This document shows positions 24,796 through 37,135 of a DNA stretch of 64,000 bases, one piece after another. The notes beneath the pieces are model-generated. The model did not search any database. It had not been told where the DNA came from and saw only the letters and a list, made by a program, of their open reading frames with translations. Positions within the stretch are counted from its first letter, which is position 1, and each line of letters starts with the position of its first letter. This DNA is from Fimicolochytrium jonesii (lineage: Eukaryota): positions 124,001-188,000 of the forward strand of contig NW_026515690.1 in the NCBI RefSeq assembly GCF_025526975.1, given 5' to 3'. The position numbers and the translations under genes were made by a program.

Positions 24796-26262
24796 TGTGG
24801 CGCCAAACATGCGGATTCCGCGTGTTGCCCATCCCAGTCTGCGGCGACACAGGTGGCGGGGGTCCTGCCCCTTCTAATTGAATTCCGAGGGGTAGTTGTG
24901 TGGATGATTGTGACTGCATGAGCGTCTGTGGCTGTTGATGATTCAGTCGTGCCACTGGGGATGTGAGATCCGGTGGCTGCAGCATCTCCGGCCATCAGGG
25001 AGTTTGTCCGTCAGCCGCGCATTCCACTGTTTACAGTTCGGTGTCATCCGTTCACTGCTGCACCGGTGTTAACGACCGGTCTTTGCGTGGCGACTAGGCG
25101 AAGCGAAGAAAAGATGCATTCAGGTGCGAAATCCGAGCCGAGGGGCCAGATGAATATCGTCAAGCTGTCAACGAAGCTACGTTGTTGGATACCTTGTGAG
25201 TAACATCGGTGCTTCCAGTCATACGTGAACGTGCTTGCTGAGTGATGTGCGACTCCTGACAGATTTCCCAGCCGCTTCCAACATCGGAGGCTACGTTCAC
25301 CACCCGATACGTGTGGCCGTGGCTGGGCTTGATCAAGAAAGGCGCTTTGCAAATAGAGCTGTAGGTTACTCTCTCAGTCGAGTTTCCATGAGACTTCTCG
25401 CTGATGTTGATGCAGGGATGTGCTGATTGAGAACGGCGTGCATCGCCCAGACGTGCACATCTCGCAGACAAGAAGGTATCTGCAACAAACTTTAGTTCAG
25501 GCGGAAATCAAGACGAAGACGGCGCCCGAAGCAGAAAAACAGAAGGAAACGGCCCGAGTCATCGAAAAGGTTATGCAATCATACCGGTCCGAGGTTGAGT
25601 ACAGCTACAATGGTCTCGAGGCCCCAAAACTCGCCATCTGCATTCAAGGTACTCGTCGTAAGCGTACAAAGCGGAAAGACCAACCAAGGATGGTGGCATT
25701 GATGAATTTCTCGGTTTCTTACCCAGACACCCAAGTCAAAGTATACCATGTCTTTTCATTCGCAAAGATGTTCGTGTCGTACTTTGCAGGATCATTGCAA
25801 ATCATGACCCAGGTTCCTGAGGGCGACAAGGGGTATCGAAGGATAATCAAGTGCGTATCGCAATGGAAAGGGTTAGCTGTAAGTTGCTTCAGCAAAGGCT
25901 GCTTTACAGTCTCACAATACTGAAGCCCGTGAGTGACCTTCGCACTTTGTGGGTTGAATCGGAGATTGCTGAAGATCATATATCCATCGTCGCACTCTGC
26001 AAATGAAAGCTGGTTGGATTTGGCAGATGTTACCTTGAGTGTCGTCTCTTCCTGCGGCTTTATGCAATGTATGCAGCATCGTCCGCACTTCGAAGTTAGC
26101 ACCCTAAGAAAGGCTGAAGAGTTGGAGCGAAAAGCTTGCTACTGAATACTATGCAAGGCGTATTGTATCTAGAGAGTCTATGGCTTCTACCATCTAGTCT
26201 AGTTTAAAGATACGGTTCTTCCCCACAATAAGAACTGCATGATATTCCATCCCGACAACAGC

Positions 26263-28024
26263 TCAATCATCACCACCAAAGCTAAAGAGCGGCGCGCTTT
26301 CGCCTTCCAGCTCATTCATAATACTCCAAAGCGACGACGGTTTAGGTATTTCATCCGTCGATGCCTTGGGTGCATCACGCATGTCAGCTTTCTTCATCAA
26401 ATCCGCGATCACGCCAGGATGTGCGGCCTCGAACGCCTCCGTGAACTTCTCATACAGACTCTCCCCATCACAGAATCCGCTCACTTGCTCCCGGCGACAA
26501 CGCAAGAACTGTAGGACTTCGCGCAGGTTTTCCGATGATACGAAGTTCTGCGTTAGGGCGATCGAGGGTTCGAGGTTCATGACGGCGTGCCACCAGCCTA
26601 GAATTGGGAAGGGGAGGAGAAGATTGATATATGTTTCATACGTTGGGGAGGGGAATGCTTTTGGACATACCACGCGGCACGAACAGAATCTCTCCCGCTC
26701 GGCAGACTCCTTCGATGGGTGCCGATGGACCGGATTTCGTTTGCTCGTAAAAACTCAGAAACCTGAGGGAACAGTGTTTGGTGAATAGCGAGAACCGAGT
26801 AGATCCTCAAAAAATCCTGGCTACTCACCACTCAGGCAACGACAAGGGCGCCGTCACCTCACTCCCATCCGGCGAGGGAAACACTCCCGGAGGAATGACT
26901 TCCGGCGGATACATTATCCACTTCTTGGCTCCGCTGATGACGGCATTCCAAGCACTAGCTGCTGACTAGTGAGACGGACTTTCACGCAAGACAATGAAGA
27001 GCATTCTCTCTCACTTACTGGAGTTGGGATCCACGTGAAACGTGCTACCGCTCCTAGCGGGTCCTATGATGAGCCACCTATAATCCGGTCGTTGCTCTCC
27101 AAGCACGCCAAAGAAATCTTCCTTGAAGTATTCTGGGACAGTGTAATCTTCCGACAAGCTCGTCCCTTCCGCGAACCGCTTGTCGAACAAGTATAGGGGT
27201 GCCTCGTCCTGTGTGCAGTTCTGCGAGTAACTGAGGTAATCCCGGAAAGGTATCCGCACAGCTTCGGCGGTGAACATCTTATTTCCATAATGTTCAAGCA
27301 GATAGTCTTCGCTCCATTTCTCATATGCCGGCCACTGGGAGACGACATCAGTGAGGATCACCGGTTTATTTGGCTTCGCGTACTCGACGACGAATTCGCG
27401 ATAACTGAGATTGGAGCGACGCTCGATATTGTCGATGCTGGCGCCACATAGCGCATCCAAAGGAACGGAGGCGCAGCGAAAGCTTGTGAACAGGAAATCT
27501 GAGTAAATCCCTTCCACAACTATCGGGACGTCCGGAAGATACGCAGCTGGCCGTCCCGCATCGACGCAATTGCGATATTTATACGTGTTCCTCCACGTAT
27601 TCTGGAAAACACCCCATCCTCCGGTCCCAAACTCGTTGATAGTCAAAGCCCTCCAGAGGTCGTCGTGATAGGTGAAAACGTAGAGAGCTTGAGAACACCG
27701 CGCCAGCCGCGAGAGGTCGGCCGCCTCCAACTGCCCGAGCAAGTCAAGGAGAAGTTCGTCCGGGAGATATGCTAGATAGCCAAGCCCGCCCTTTCGACAG
27801 TCCCGCACACCTCGCGCCGAGTCAAATAGATAGTTTCCAGCTGGCTTTATGCCCCGCGGATGTTTCCCGGACGGCAAAAGAAACTGAGTAGACGGCCGGG
27901 TCGACGTTTTAACGCGCTTTTTGACGGTCGCGGCAGCTCGAGAGGCGGCGCATGACGGGCCCGCTACGTCCGCCCGTTTTCTTTTGTAAGCTTGGAGAGG
28001 GGTGTCCAACAGTTCGCGAGCCAT
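26263..28024 (-). CDS. F-box + JmjC-domain protein (JMJD6/JMJD4-like 2-oxoglutarate oxygenase), multi-exon
   Basis: F-box LAYLPDELLLDLL...LARCS; PNKPVILTD, PLYLFD, RPDYRWLIIGPARSGSTFHVDPN, AWNAVISGAKKW, GEILFVP-GWWHAVMNLE, ALTQNFVS. Confidence 0.93.
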
Positions 28025-29045
28025 TGCGCACTTGTGGTAGTATGCAGCAGAAGAAGTTGCAGTTGCAAAAGGCAGCTTCTGACGGCTATTATAATTTACG
28101 CGCGCATCACGTGCTCCATTGTATTTTCCAAACCGTCTCCTCGCGGGTTTGTCGCTTCCACTTCTCGTTCCGCCTCATACAGTAAAACTGCCAATATTGG
28201 CATGGGGAAGTCTATCGAACCCATATACGTATAAATACTCCCGATTTGTTTCGCAACGCAGTCGCTGCTTTATCCTTTCTTTTGCGCACGCTCCTTGCCG
28301 TCACTTCCTCCTCACTCGATGTGACCTTGCCCCTCTCACGATACCTCTCATGTTGATGCGTGGGAGACTCAGCGGTAGTCGAGATCAAGTCTCTGAAAAT
28401 TTGAAAAGTTCGAGGAGTTGGAGACCAGGTCTTCATTCACATCGCCGTTCTTCAATGCCCTGGAGAGCTCCTCTGCCACACTGCAATCCGTTGACAGTTC
28501 CACAGCAGGCATATGCCGCAGCCCGATACCGCAGGGTACAACCGTAGGTGATAGACAACGCCGGAGCCGTATGTCTAGCGGCGTAAACCGGCCGTCCACC
28601 AGGTGCTTGCATGCCCCTGGCATCCATCTCCGCACACCTCCCAATCACACAGCCGACTGAAGTGAAATGAGATGAAGCAACGCACATGCCTGGTTGATCT
28701 TGAGCGCGCTTGAAGTATCTCCGGCCAATGGCTTCATATGGGGACAACCGACGCGTGCACCGATTATATTATCACATCGATGCTGACTCACATCATTCGG
28801 AATCAGCACAGTAAATGGCGGTTTTACAACTGTGCGTTCTGGAAGCCCCACCCAGGGGGAGCGAGGAGATGGGGCGCATCCCGAAAACGCCCTTATCGCG
28901 TGGGAATATTTGTACCCAACTCCTCCATCCCAGCTGCCCCATCCTTCCCATCTCATCAGCCCTCAAACCCCCCCAAAGCCGATTCCTATCCGCATCATCG
29001 TCTCAACTCTTCCCGGACTTCATCAACCTACCACCGCCTTCCATC

Positions 29046-31645
29046 ATGAGCCAAACTGCCCGCATCTCAGCCGTCCAGGATGCCGTTCAAAGGAGCGGAC
29101 GTTCAGTCGCCTGGCCTGAGCACGGCAACCGCCCCGCTTACGTCTCCGAGATCTTTGGTCAGAATGTCTTTGACCTTAAGACGCTCCAGCAGACTCTCCC
29201 CAAGCCTGTCTTTGCTCGTTTCGTTCAGCAGATTAAGGTACGTACGACAAGCCCAGTTTGAGATCGACCCACTTCGCGATGTTCCCAGTGGACCACCTCG
29301 ACTGAGCGTGACCTGTCAATCGTAGGGTCGTCAATCTCTCGACCGTCCTACAGCCGATGCCGTTGCGCACGCTGTCAAGGTCTGGGCTATGGACCGGTAA
29401 GCTTTCACGTCCGGGGGAATGGTCGAGATCGAGGGGCAAAGCGCAGCAGCCTTTCGCGAACCATCTTCGCGTCTTTCCTCCATTCTTGCCTTGGGATTCT
29501 GCGAACTTCGGTGTTTTTGCGAGCTCCCTTTTTCACCCTTCAAATGTCAATCTTTCTCACGCATGGTACTTTCTTATTCACAGTGGTGCCACACACTTCA
29601 CTCACTGGTTCCAGCCTCAAACCGGTACCACCGCCGAGAAGCATGACAGTTTCCTGACTCTGAGGACGGTCATCTCCAACGGCATGGAGGAGACCACAGC
29701 AATTGATGCGTTTTCTGGCTCCCAATTGCTTCAGTCTGAGCCTGATGCCTCTTCTTTCCCCAACGGTGGTATGCGTTCCACCTTCGAGGCCCGTGGTTAC
29801 ACCATTTGGGACACTACAAGGTATGTTTGAGCTCTGTTCCCTGATCGTCCTTCTCGACACGAGACCCTTTTCCTAATCGTTTTTCCTGTTCTTAGTCCCA
29901 TGTTCCTGCGGAAAGGTCCTCACGACACTTCCATTCTCTACGTCCCATCCGTCTTCATCTCCTACAACGGTGAGGCGCTGGACGAGAAGACCATCCTTTT
30001 GCGTTCTTCAGAAGTCCTTTCGACGGCCGCTGTGAACCTCTTGAACTTGCTGGGTGATAAGGAAACCAAGCGTGTCTACGCCACCCTCGGAACAGAACAG
30101 GAGTTCTTCTTGATTGACCGTGCGCTGTACAACCTCCGTCCCGATCTGAAAATCACCGGCAGGACGTTGGTCGGAACTGTGCCTCCCAAGCACCAGCAGC
30201 TCGAGGACCATTACTTCGGCCAGATCCCCAGCCGTGTTCTTGCGGCCATCAGCGAGGCGGAACTGGAGCTATACCGTCTCGGTGTGCCCTTGAAGACTCG
30301 CCACAACGAGGTCGCCCCTAACCAGTTCGAAGTTGCCCCCATCTTCGAGGAGGCAAGCGTTGCGGTTGACCATAACTTGGTCCTCATGGAGACCCTCCAC
30401 CAAGTCGCTCACCGTCACAAGTTGAAGGTGCTCTTCCACGAGAAGCCTTTTAAGGGTGTCAACGGAAGCGGAAAGCACTGCAACTGGTCTCTGTCGACCG
30501 ATCAAGGCGATAATTTGCTCGAGCCCACCATCAAGCCTGAGGTCAACTACCGCTTCCTTCTCTTCTTGGTCGCCACTCTGGACGCTGTCTACAAGCACGC
30601 TGGTCTACTCCGCGCGTCGATTGCCAGTGCATCTAACGAGCACCGTCTCGGTGCTAATGAGGCCCCACCAGGAATCGTGTCTGCTTTCTTGGGAGAGCAT
30701 TTGACTGAGGTTCTCAACGCTGTCGAGGAGAAGCGGGAAGTCCGCAACTTCTCCCAGCCCCATCTGCAGACGGTCAAGGTTGGAGGAACCGTCCTCGACC
30801 TCAAGGTCTCGACATTACCTCAGATTGCTCGGGATTTGACGGACCGTAACCGCACGTCTCCTTTCGCCTTCACCGGTAACAAGTTCGAATTCCGTGCCGT
30901 CGGATCCAAGCAATCGCCTTCCTTCCCCACCGTCCTTTTGAACGCCGCCGTTGCTGCCTCCATCACCGAAATCACCGCTGCTCTTACTAAGCAGAAGGGC
31001 AACAAGCCCGAACCCTCCGTGGATGACATCCTCGCGGTTGTTCGTGCTTACATCACGTCCAGCAAGAAGATTCGCTTTGAGGGCAACAACTACTCTGACG
31101 ACTGGGTCAAGGAGGCTGAGAAGCGCGGTCTTCCCAACATCAGGCAATGCCCCGTTGCTTTCCGCCAGCTCCTTGCGGACGAGCACTCCAACCTCCTCAC
31201 TTCTCTTGGCATCATGACGGAGGGAGAAATCCACTCTCGTTTCCACATTCTCATGGAGAAGTATGCCAAGGACCTGATCATCGAGTCCAACACCCTGAAG
31301 AACATGATCAACCAAGGCGTCCTCCCCGCGGCCTTCGCTTTCAAGAAAGAGCTCAGCGATCTCGTCCTTGCATCGAAGAACCTCGCGCTGGAGTACAACG
31401 ACATCCCCGAAATGCGTCTGCTCAAGAAGGTCACCGCTTTGACCACGGCTCTCCAAGCCAGCACCGAGAAGCTTTCTGAGACCATCGACCGCGTCAACGC
31501 TCTCGAAGGTGAGGCTCAAGGCGACCTGGCCGGTAACGAGCTGACGGTCCTCCTCGAGGAGGTCAGGAAGGCCAGCGATGAGCTTGAGCTGTACGTCAGC
31601 GACAAGCAATGGCCTTACCCCAAGTACACCGAACTGTTGTTCTAA
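29046..31645 (+). CDS. Glutamine synthetase type III (GlnN-like), 4 exons
   Basis: [127 protein letters not shown]. Strong codon bias. Confidence 0.97.
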
Positions 31646-32159
31646 AGCTCTACCCCTTCCACCCCTGGGTGTCATTTCCTGAATCTTGCAACATTATTCC
31701 CCAAAACTCCCATGTCAGCGGGAGTCGTAGTAAAGCACTAGACTAGCTCTGGAGATCTCTGATAAGCCTGTTATAACACTGTAAAGCCCAAAAAAAATAA
31801 CCAATGAACTGATTCGTGGACATTAAGGCCGGTGGGGTGCGTCCCACTGCATTGGTCGCACGGAGCTTTGGAAGCATGAGCATACACACTTGGAAGTCAA
31901 GCGCAAAGCACCATAAGGATCCTCAGAAGTCTTGCATGACGAGGGAGATCCTTCGCAGATTTCCGATCAAGTGGACAGAGACACAAGAACAGATTTTATT
32001 TCATGTGAAGGTATATATAGTATGCAGATCTGCGGAGTGACATCGACATAGAGCTCCTTCTATTGTCCCCAGCTGTAGCAGTGGTACTTCGCTAGGGCGA
32101 TCCCGCTCGAAGGCCTCAGAGAGGAGCCGCGCTCCATCAACAGGTCGCCGCGGTTGCGG

Positions 32160-32466
32160 TCAGACCCGACCGCTGAGGAGGTCGAAGCGGTCGACCGCCC
32201 GCGACTCGTGCCTCTTGTAGGCCTGGAGCAGTCAGCCAAGATAACAGAGGGGACAGACAACGGCAATTGAACAAAAGACGACCAAAAGCATAACGGTGAA
32301 ACTTTACCGATTCCCTTGCTGCAGCTCGCAGCTCCATGTACGACAAGCTCTCGAGCACTGCCACCTGTCCCGTGAGCTTGAGGACCCGGCTGTCTTGGGC
32401 AGCGGCGGCCGACGGAGGACTCACGAGGGCTTTCACCTCCTCCTGGACTCAAAGATCGAGGAACAT
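32160..32466 (-). other. Putative 3-exon micro-gene or pseudogene with in-frame TGA at codon 6
   Basis: ACCACCATG start and phase-0 GT-AG introns (32424-32365, 32307-32223). Product MFLDL*VQEEVKAL-VAVLESLSYMELRAAARES-AYKRHESRAVDRFDLLSGRV*. Confidence 0.4.
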
Positions 32467-33150
32467 GGTGGTTGGTGCTCAGTGGTGATGATTGCTGATT
32501 GATGGTAGTGCCAAAGATGAGGCCGCGATTTACGAGGGGACCGCCACTCCGCAGCGACGATGCTGGCAGAACGTTCACAGGTACGAAATGATTTGCTCCG
32601 GCGATAGGTCTTCCAACGCGGGAGCATGAAGTTTCCGACGGCCGTACGGTTCTGCTGAGCGGATGCACGTACGACAGGAGCAAGCGAGGGGTATCAACGC
32701 GTCTCCACTCCTGCAGGAGCACGTACGGGGTAGTTACGAATCAACACTCCTATTATGCCCCTGCAGGAGACGGCGAGGAGAATGATGTATGGATGTCATT
32801 CCTGTGCAGGAGGCAGCACGGAGCCGTCCAACCGCTTGTCACTGTCAAGACACCGTCAGACGCCGGGGGGAGGGCGCCGTTTGCACCCTGTTTACCTTAC
32901 GATTACGCGTAAGCCTTATTGCCTCCATCCATCTGGATAGGCACAAGTGCAAAGCAACGCCCCCTTCCGTTTGTTCCTTCCCCACAAACCCCCTTCGACG
33001 CTCAATTCTTCCTGCCTAATCGGCATACCGCAGGTTTCAAATTCAAGCCATACTCGACTTCTCCGTCCAAGCACTGTTCCTTGTTCCAGCCTCGTCGAAC
33101 TTTCCGTCAACGTCAGACCCATTCCGCATCCACTTTCCCACGGCCTTGAT

Positions 33151-34888
33151 ATGAGCGACACGACACCTGCACCGACCGTGGGAGCTCCAAGCGGTGACCA
33201 GGTGGTGATCGAGCAAGTGGACGCCGCCCCAGAGACCAGCTCGCAGCAACCACCACCGCAGGAAACCGGAGATGGGCCCCCAGCGGCCGACGAGGCTCCC
33301 GCAGATGCAGCTCCTGCTCCCGCCGAAGTTCCTCAGAACACTCGCCCACCAAAAGGCACTGACCTGGGAATTCTGGTGACTCCCGCACAAGCAGTAGAAC
33401 TGCATCGCCGTGCCGAGGAAATAAAAAATGGATACGCGCTCTTGGCGATGAAACGACTTGAAAATGTCTTTGCGGGAATGGACACTGAAGATGCAGACGG
33501 TGCCGAGCAGCAGGAGGGCGATGAGACCGTCAACATGCAACTGGAAGAAGAAAAACTGAAGTAAGCATGCTTCAACGCTCATGCAGTGTTCAGATGCTGG
33601 TGGACATCATCGTCTGCTCAAGTCTATGGACGCGTTCGACGGCTTCCTCCGTTCGGTCAACTTACACAATATCGTTTCCCCGCACAGCGCCGCTCTAGCT
33701 TCGTATCAAACGCACTTGGGAGAAGTCGGCATTCAGAGTGGAACTCCTGAATACGATGCCGCGATGGTTGCTTTGGGAATGTCGGGAGCTGAGGAAGAGG
33801 AGGAACCCGAAGCTGCTGCGGCGCCTGAAGTGACGCCAACCGTGGAGCCGGCCGTCAAATTGGTGGTGGAGGAGAAACCTTTGCCGTATCACGACGTGTG
33901 GAAGGATGGGAATGGACCTGCTGAACAGAGACGAACTGCGATAACCCAGGAAGCACCTGCGCCGACTGAGGATGTGGCAACCGACACAGCTGCCCCGGCC
34001 GTGGAAGCCGTCAGCGTATCAGCGGAGCCGACGCCGGTCGCTGATGTCAAGGTGGAGGCCAAGAACGTAGCGGAGGAAGAACCGGAACAGAAACCAACAA
34101 CACCAGCCGCTCCGGCGAAGGCTGCGTCGAAGAAGCTGCCTCCTGTGGTTCGTCCTGTGCGTGGTGGCCGGGCTGGTGCTGGAGCCAGTAGACAGCAGTT
34201 GGCACCGAAGCAAGCTCTGGCTCCTCGTACGCTGGCGTTAAACTTTAGCAGTTTTGGTGCGGGCCTCCCAGGCGATGGGCTCAAAGCAGGCCAGACAGCA
34301 GCTAAGCCAGCGTTCAGCGGTCCATCGGGAAATGCCTTGATTGCCAACTTTGTGCCGCACGCTATCCAGAGTGCCATCAGTCAGATCCCAGCAGATGCCA
34401 ATGTATTACGCGGAATACACCCGACCGCCTCTACCACCCGCGCTCACTATCAGCCCGGCAACGGAGCCTCTCCTTTGACGAATTTCGGTGGAGGGCCAGC
34501 AATGCGAATCGGAGGCGCGCCGGGTGGGATGGTAGTCGCCGCCGCACCCGGTTCCAACATTGGAAAATTCAACTGGCACTCTTCCCAACAGTCCCAGTCG
34601 CAATACGAACAATCCCGGAAACGTGCGAGTGTTCCTTATACGGCGGGGTTGGGCACGGGTTTGGCGCCAGGGGGTCAACGAGCGCGCAGCGGGAATTCAC
34701 CGAACGCGGATTCTAGTATTCCCAGAAATACGTCTCGACCGTTTGGGGCGGATGCGGCGGTTGGAGCGGGGCAGCCGCAAATGCCGTCGCCCGCTGATGG
34801 GCAGCTGCCACCGTTGAAAAGCGCGGGCGGCATGAAGATTACGTTGCAAGCTGGGGCTGCTATGCGTCGGACGAACAACATTCATTGA
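33151..34888 (+). CDS. Hypothetical low-complexity (Ala/Pro/Glu/Gly-rich) protein, 2 exons
   Basis: Two long ORFs joined by a GTAAGC...AAG intron ~33561-33622. No recognised domain. Confidence 0.7.
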
Positions 34889-35337
34889 AGAGTTCCGAAT
34901 GCATGTTGGGGTTCACACGTGCGATAGACCGAGTCTTGAGGAATTTTTGGGTCTTGGGGTAATGAAGTTTTGCTGCATCGCGCGGAGGGTCTCAGCCATT
35001 CTTGGGATGTCTGCGGGATGCCTCGAAAGTTTATGTAGATCCCCTAGATCTAGCCGGCCCTTTCGTCGTAGTTATGCTAGAGGACGGGGGAAATTTTGGC
35101 ACAGTAGCAGACTAGTTCTTAATCATACCGACATCTCACCGACGGAAGTGCAGAATTCACGGGCACGACTTTGATTCACGTTCAGGGTAAGGGGTTGTAG
35201 GAAAGCTTAGGTGCCGCCAGCAAGAAAGCGGGTGATTGACAAACTGCTATGCTGCCACTAATCGAAATATACACATATCGAAAAAAAAGGAGGTCACACA
35301 ACCACTCTAAAAGCCACTGAAACGTCAACCAATCCCT

Positions 35338-36807
35338 TCAAAACTCCAACGCATGCCCAGGTGGCGGCGAAACAGCCGTCCACCCACTCTCCCCCGAGAA
35401 CACCGACTCTTTCTCCTCCGCGACACGCCCGGCGTCCTCATCACTTGCCTCGGCGAGCTCCTCGACGTGGCCCACGTGGCTGAAATCCATGAACTGCACT
35501 TCTGCGAGAGAGTGCATATCAAGCGTGGGGGGGAGTGTGGTGCGATGGTGGTGGCTGCTCGGGATTGAGGGAGAGGAGGCGGAGAGGGATTGGAGGTAGA
35601 TGATGTTCGAGGATGGTGAGGTAGCCGGGTGGTCGGGTGATAGTACGGTGGCAGGGTGATCCGGATATGAGACTGCGGCGACGGCGTCTACCGGCCTGTG
35701 TTCAGTGGTGCGGTGAGATGCGTCCAGGTCTTCCAAAATGATCTCCGAATTCCGCATCTCAGCAGCCTGCTTCAACAGATGGACAGACGCCAACGGACCG
35801 ACATTCTGAGGAGCCATAGTGAACACGCTCGCTTCGCCGTCCTCCTCGCGTTTCTTCTGTGCCGCCAAATGATGGTCACTACCAGCAGCAGTAGCACCTT
35901 GCAAACCGACCAAAGTGCGGAATTGCTCCTCTGTCCACCCGACATCTGCCAACTCTTGCTGCAGTTTTGTCTTGCGGGCCCGGAGTTGCTCTTCGAGGGT
36001 TTCCACGTCGTCCTGGAGGGCTTTCAGGCTGTCGGTGCCGGCGTCGGCTTCACTGACGCATGGGATCGGCGCAGTCACGTCGGCGACGTTGGAGGGTTGG
36101 TCGGTTGGGACGGAGGGTTGAGGAGCAATGTCCTGCGGTTCTTCGGTGGTGGGCGTGGGTATCTCGGGTAAGTTATCGGTTACCCCAAGGATCGTGTCAT
36201 CCGCGACGGAAACAGGAGCCTTCTCTTGTGCGCTTTCCACCTCTTCCTCTACTTTCGGAATCTCCGCCTCGGCTGCTGACAAGCCGAGTAGATCCCCGTC
36301 TTGGCCTTTCTGGCCCCCAACTTCGGGGACAGTGGAACTACCCGAGTTCTCAACGGGCGCCTCTCCCCAGAATTCCTTGATCCTATCACCAATAGCCTTC
36401 TCGAATGAACCGTCATCCTTCTGTCCGTCGTTCGATTTTCCACTGACCCGCAAATCAATCAGCTCCACCGATACGCCTTGGTCAGCCTTCTCCTTCGCGC
36501 CGGGCTTCCCATCTACAACAACGGTAACATCATCCTCTCCTTCCGCAGTCCGCCCACGCCGTTTATGTAGTCCTTCAGCGTCTGCTGCTGCCGGACTGTC
36601 TTCCTTCTGTCCACGTTTTGCTGTGCCTGAGGTGGGGGCTTCGGGCCTGGGAGGAGCCCGACTGGAGGTCCGCTGAGGTTGGCCACCCCCGCTGCTGCTG
36701 TGTCCCTGCGCATGAGCGTTCCCGGGCCTGTTGACAAAGATAGCGACTGCAACGGTGATCAACGAGACAACGCCTACGGCGGCCATTAGAGCTACGCGAA
36801 GCGACAT
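35338..36807 (-). CDS. Hypothetical protein with N-terminal membrane anchor, acidic disordered body and coiled coil
   Basis: 489-aa ORF with hydrophobic N-terminus (VALMAAVGVVSLITVAVAIFV) and heptad region LKALQDDVETLEEQLRARK. Confidence 0.7.
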   Translation of the reverse strand: MSLRVALMAAVGVVSLITVAVAIFVNRPGNAHAQGHSSSGGGQPQRTSSRAPPRPEAPTSGTAKRGQKEDSPAAADAEGLHKRRGRTAEGEDDVTVVVDGKPGAKEKADQGVSVELIDLRVSGKSNDGQKDDGSFEKAIGDRIKEFWGEAPVENSGSSTVPEVGGQKGQDGDLLGLSAAEAEIPKVEEEVESAQEKAPVSVADDTILGVTDNLPEIPTPTTEEPQDIAPQPSVPTDQPSNVADVTAPIPCVSEADAGTDSLKALQDDVETLEEQLRARKTKLQQELADVGWTEEQFRTLVGLQGATAAGSDHHLAAQKKREEDGEASVFTMAPQNVGPLASVHLLKQAAEMRNSEIILEDLDASHRTTEHRPVDAVAAVSYPDHPATVLSPDHPATSPSSNIIYLQSLSASSPSIPSSHHHRTTLPPTLDMHSLAEVQFMDFSHVGHVEELAEASDEDAGRVAEEKESVFSGESGWTAVSPPPGHALEF

Positions 36808-37135
36808 TGTGGAGATGGCAGGTCCGTCGTGAGGATGCGACTGCTTTGCAAAATCTAGGAGTCACTCTATCCGCATCACTAGCTTCACCCTATGCTCAAT
36901 ATGTCGCTGCTGGGAAGACACAGTGGCCGGCTCTCTAGAGTTGTGAATGCGGGGAAGCTGGTTGCCTTTCAAGGGGGTGCTTTTATATAGGCGTGCACTC
37001 GTTGAGACTTGGCGTTTGTGACAAATCCCCAGCACGCGTCTGGCAGACTTGGATTTGACTTGCATCAGACTTGGATTCGCAAATTCACACCCAACTCTAA
37101 TACTGTACGCAGCTCTCACCCAAGAGACGTTCAAT

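Larger units (their letters stand above)
23200..25923. pseudogene. PD-(D/E)xK (Crinkler/CR-REase-like) nuclease-fold pseudogene; central ~1.7 kb (23365-25066) appears inverted
   Basis: Plus-strand exons from 25098 give SEATFTTRYVWPWL...HRPDVHIS...QAEIKTK...KETARVIEK...LAICIQ..VKVYHV. The Q/P-rich N-terminal half reads on the minus strand within 23365-25066. Stops and frameshifts are present. Confidence 0.6.

Noticed and set aside
30815..31675. 286-aa minus-strand ORF
   Set aside because: Antisense shadow of the strongly codon-biased GSIII gene.
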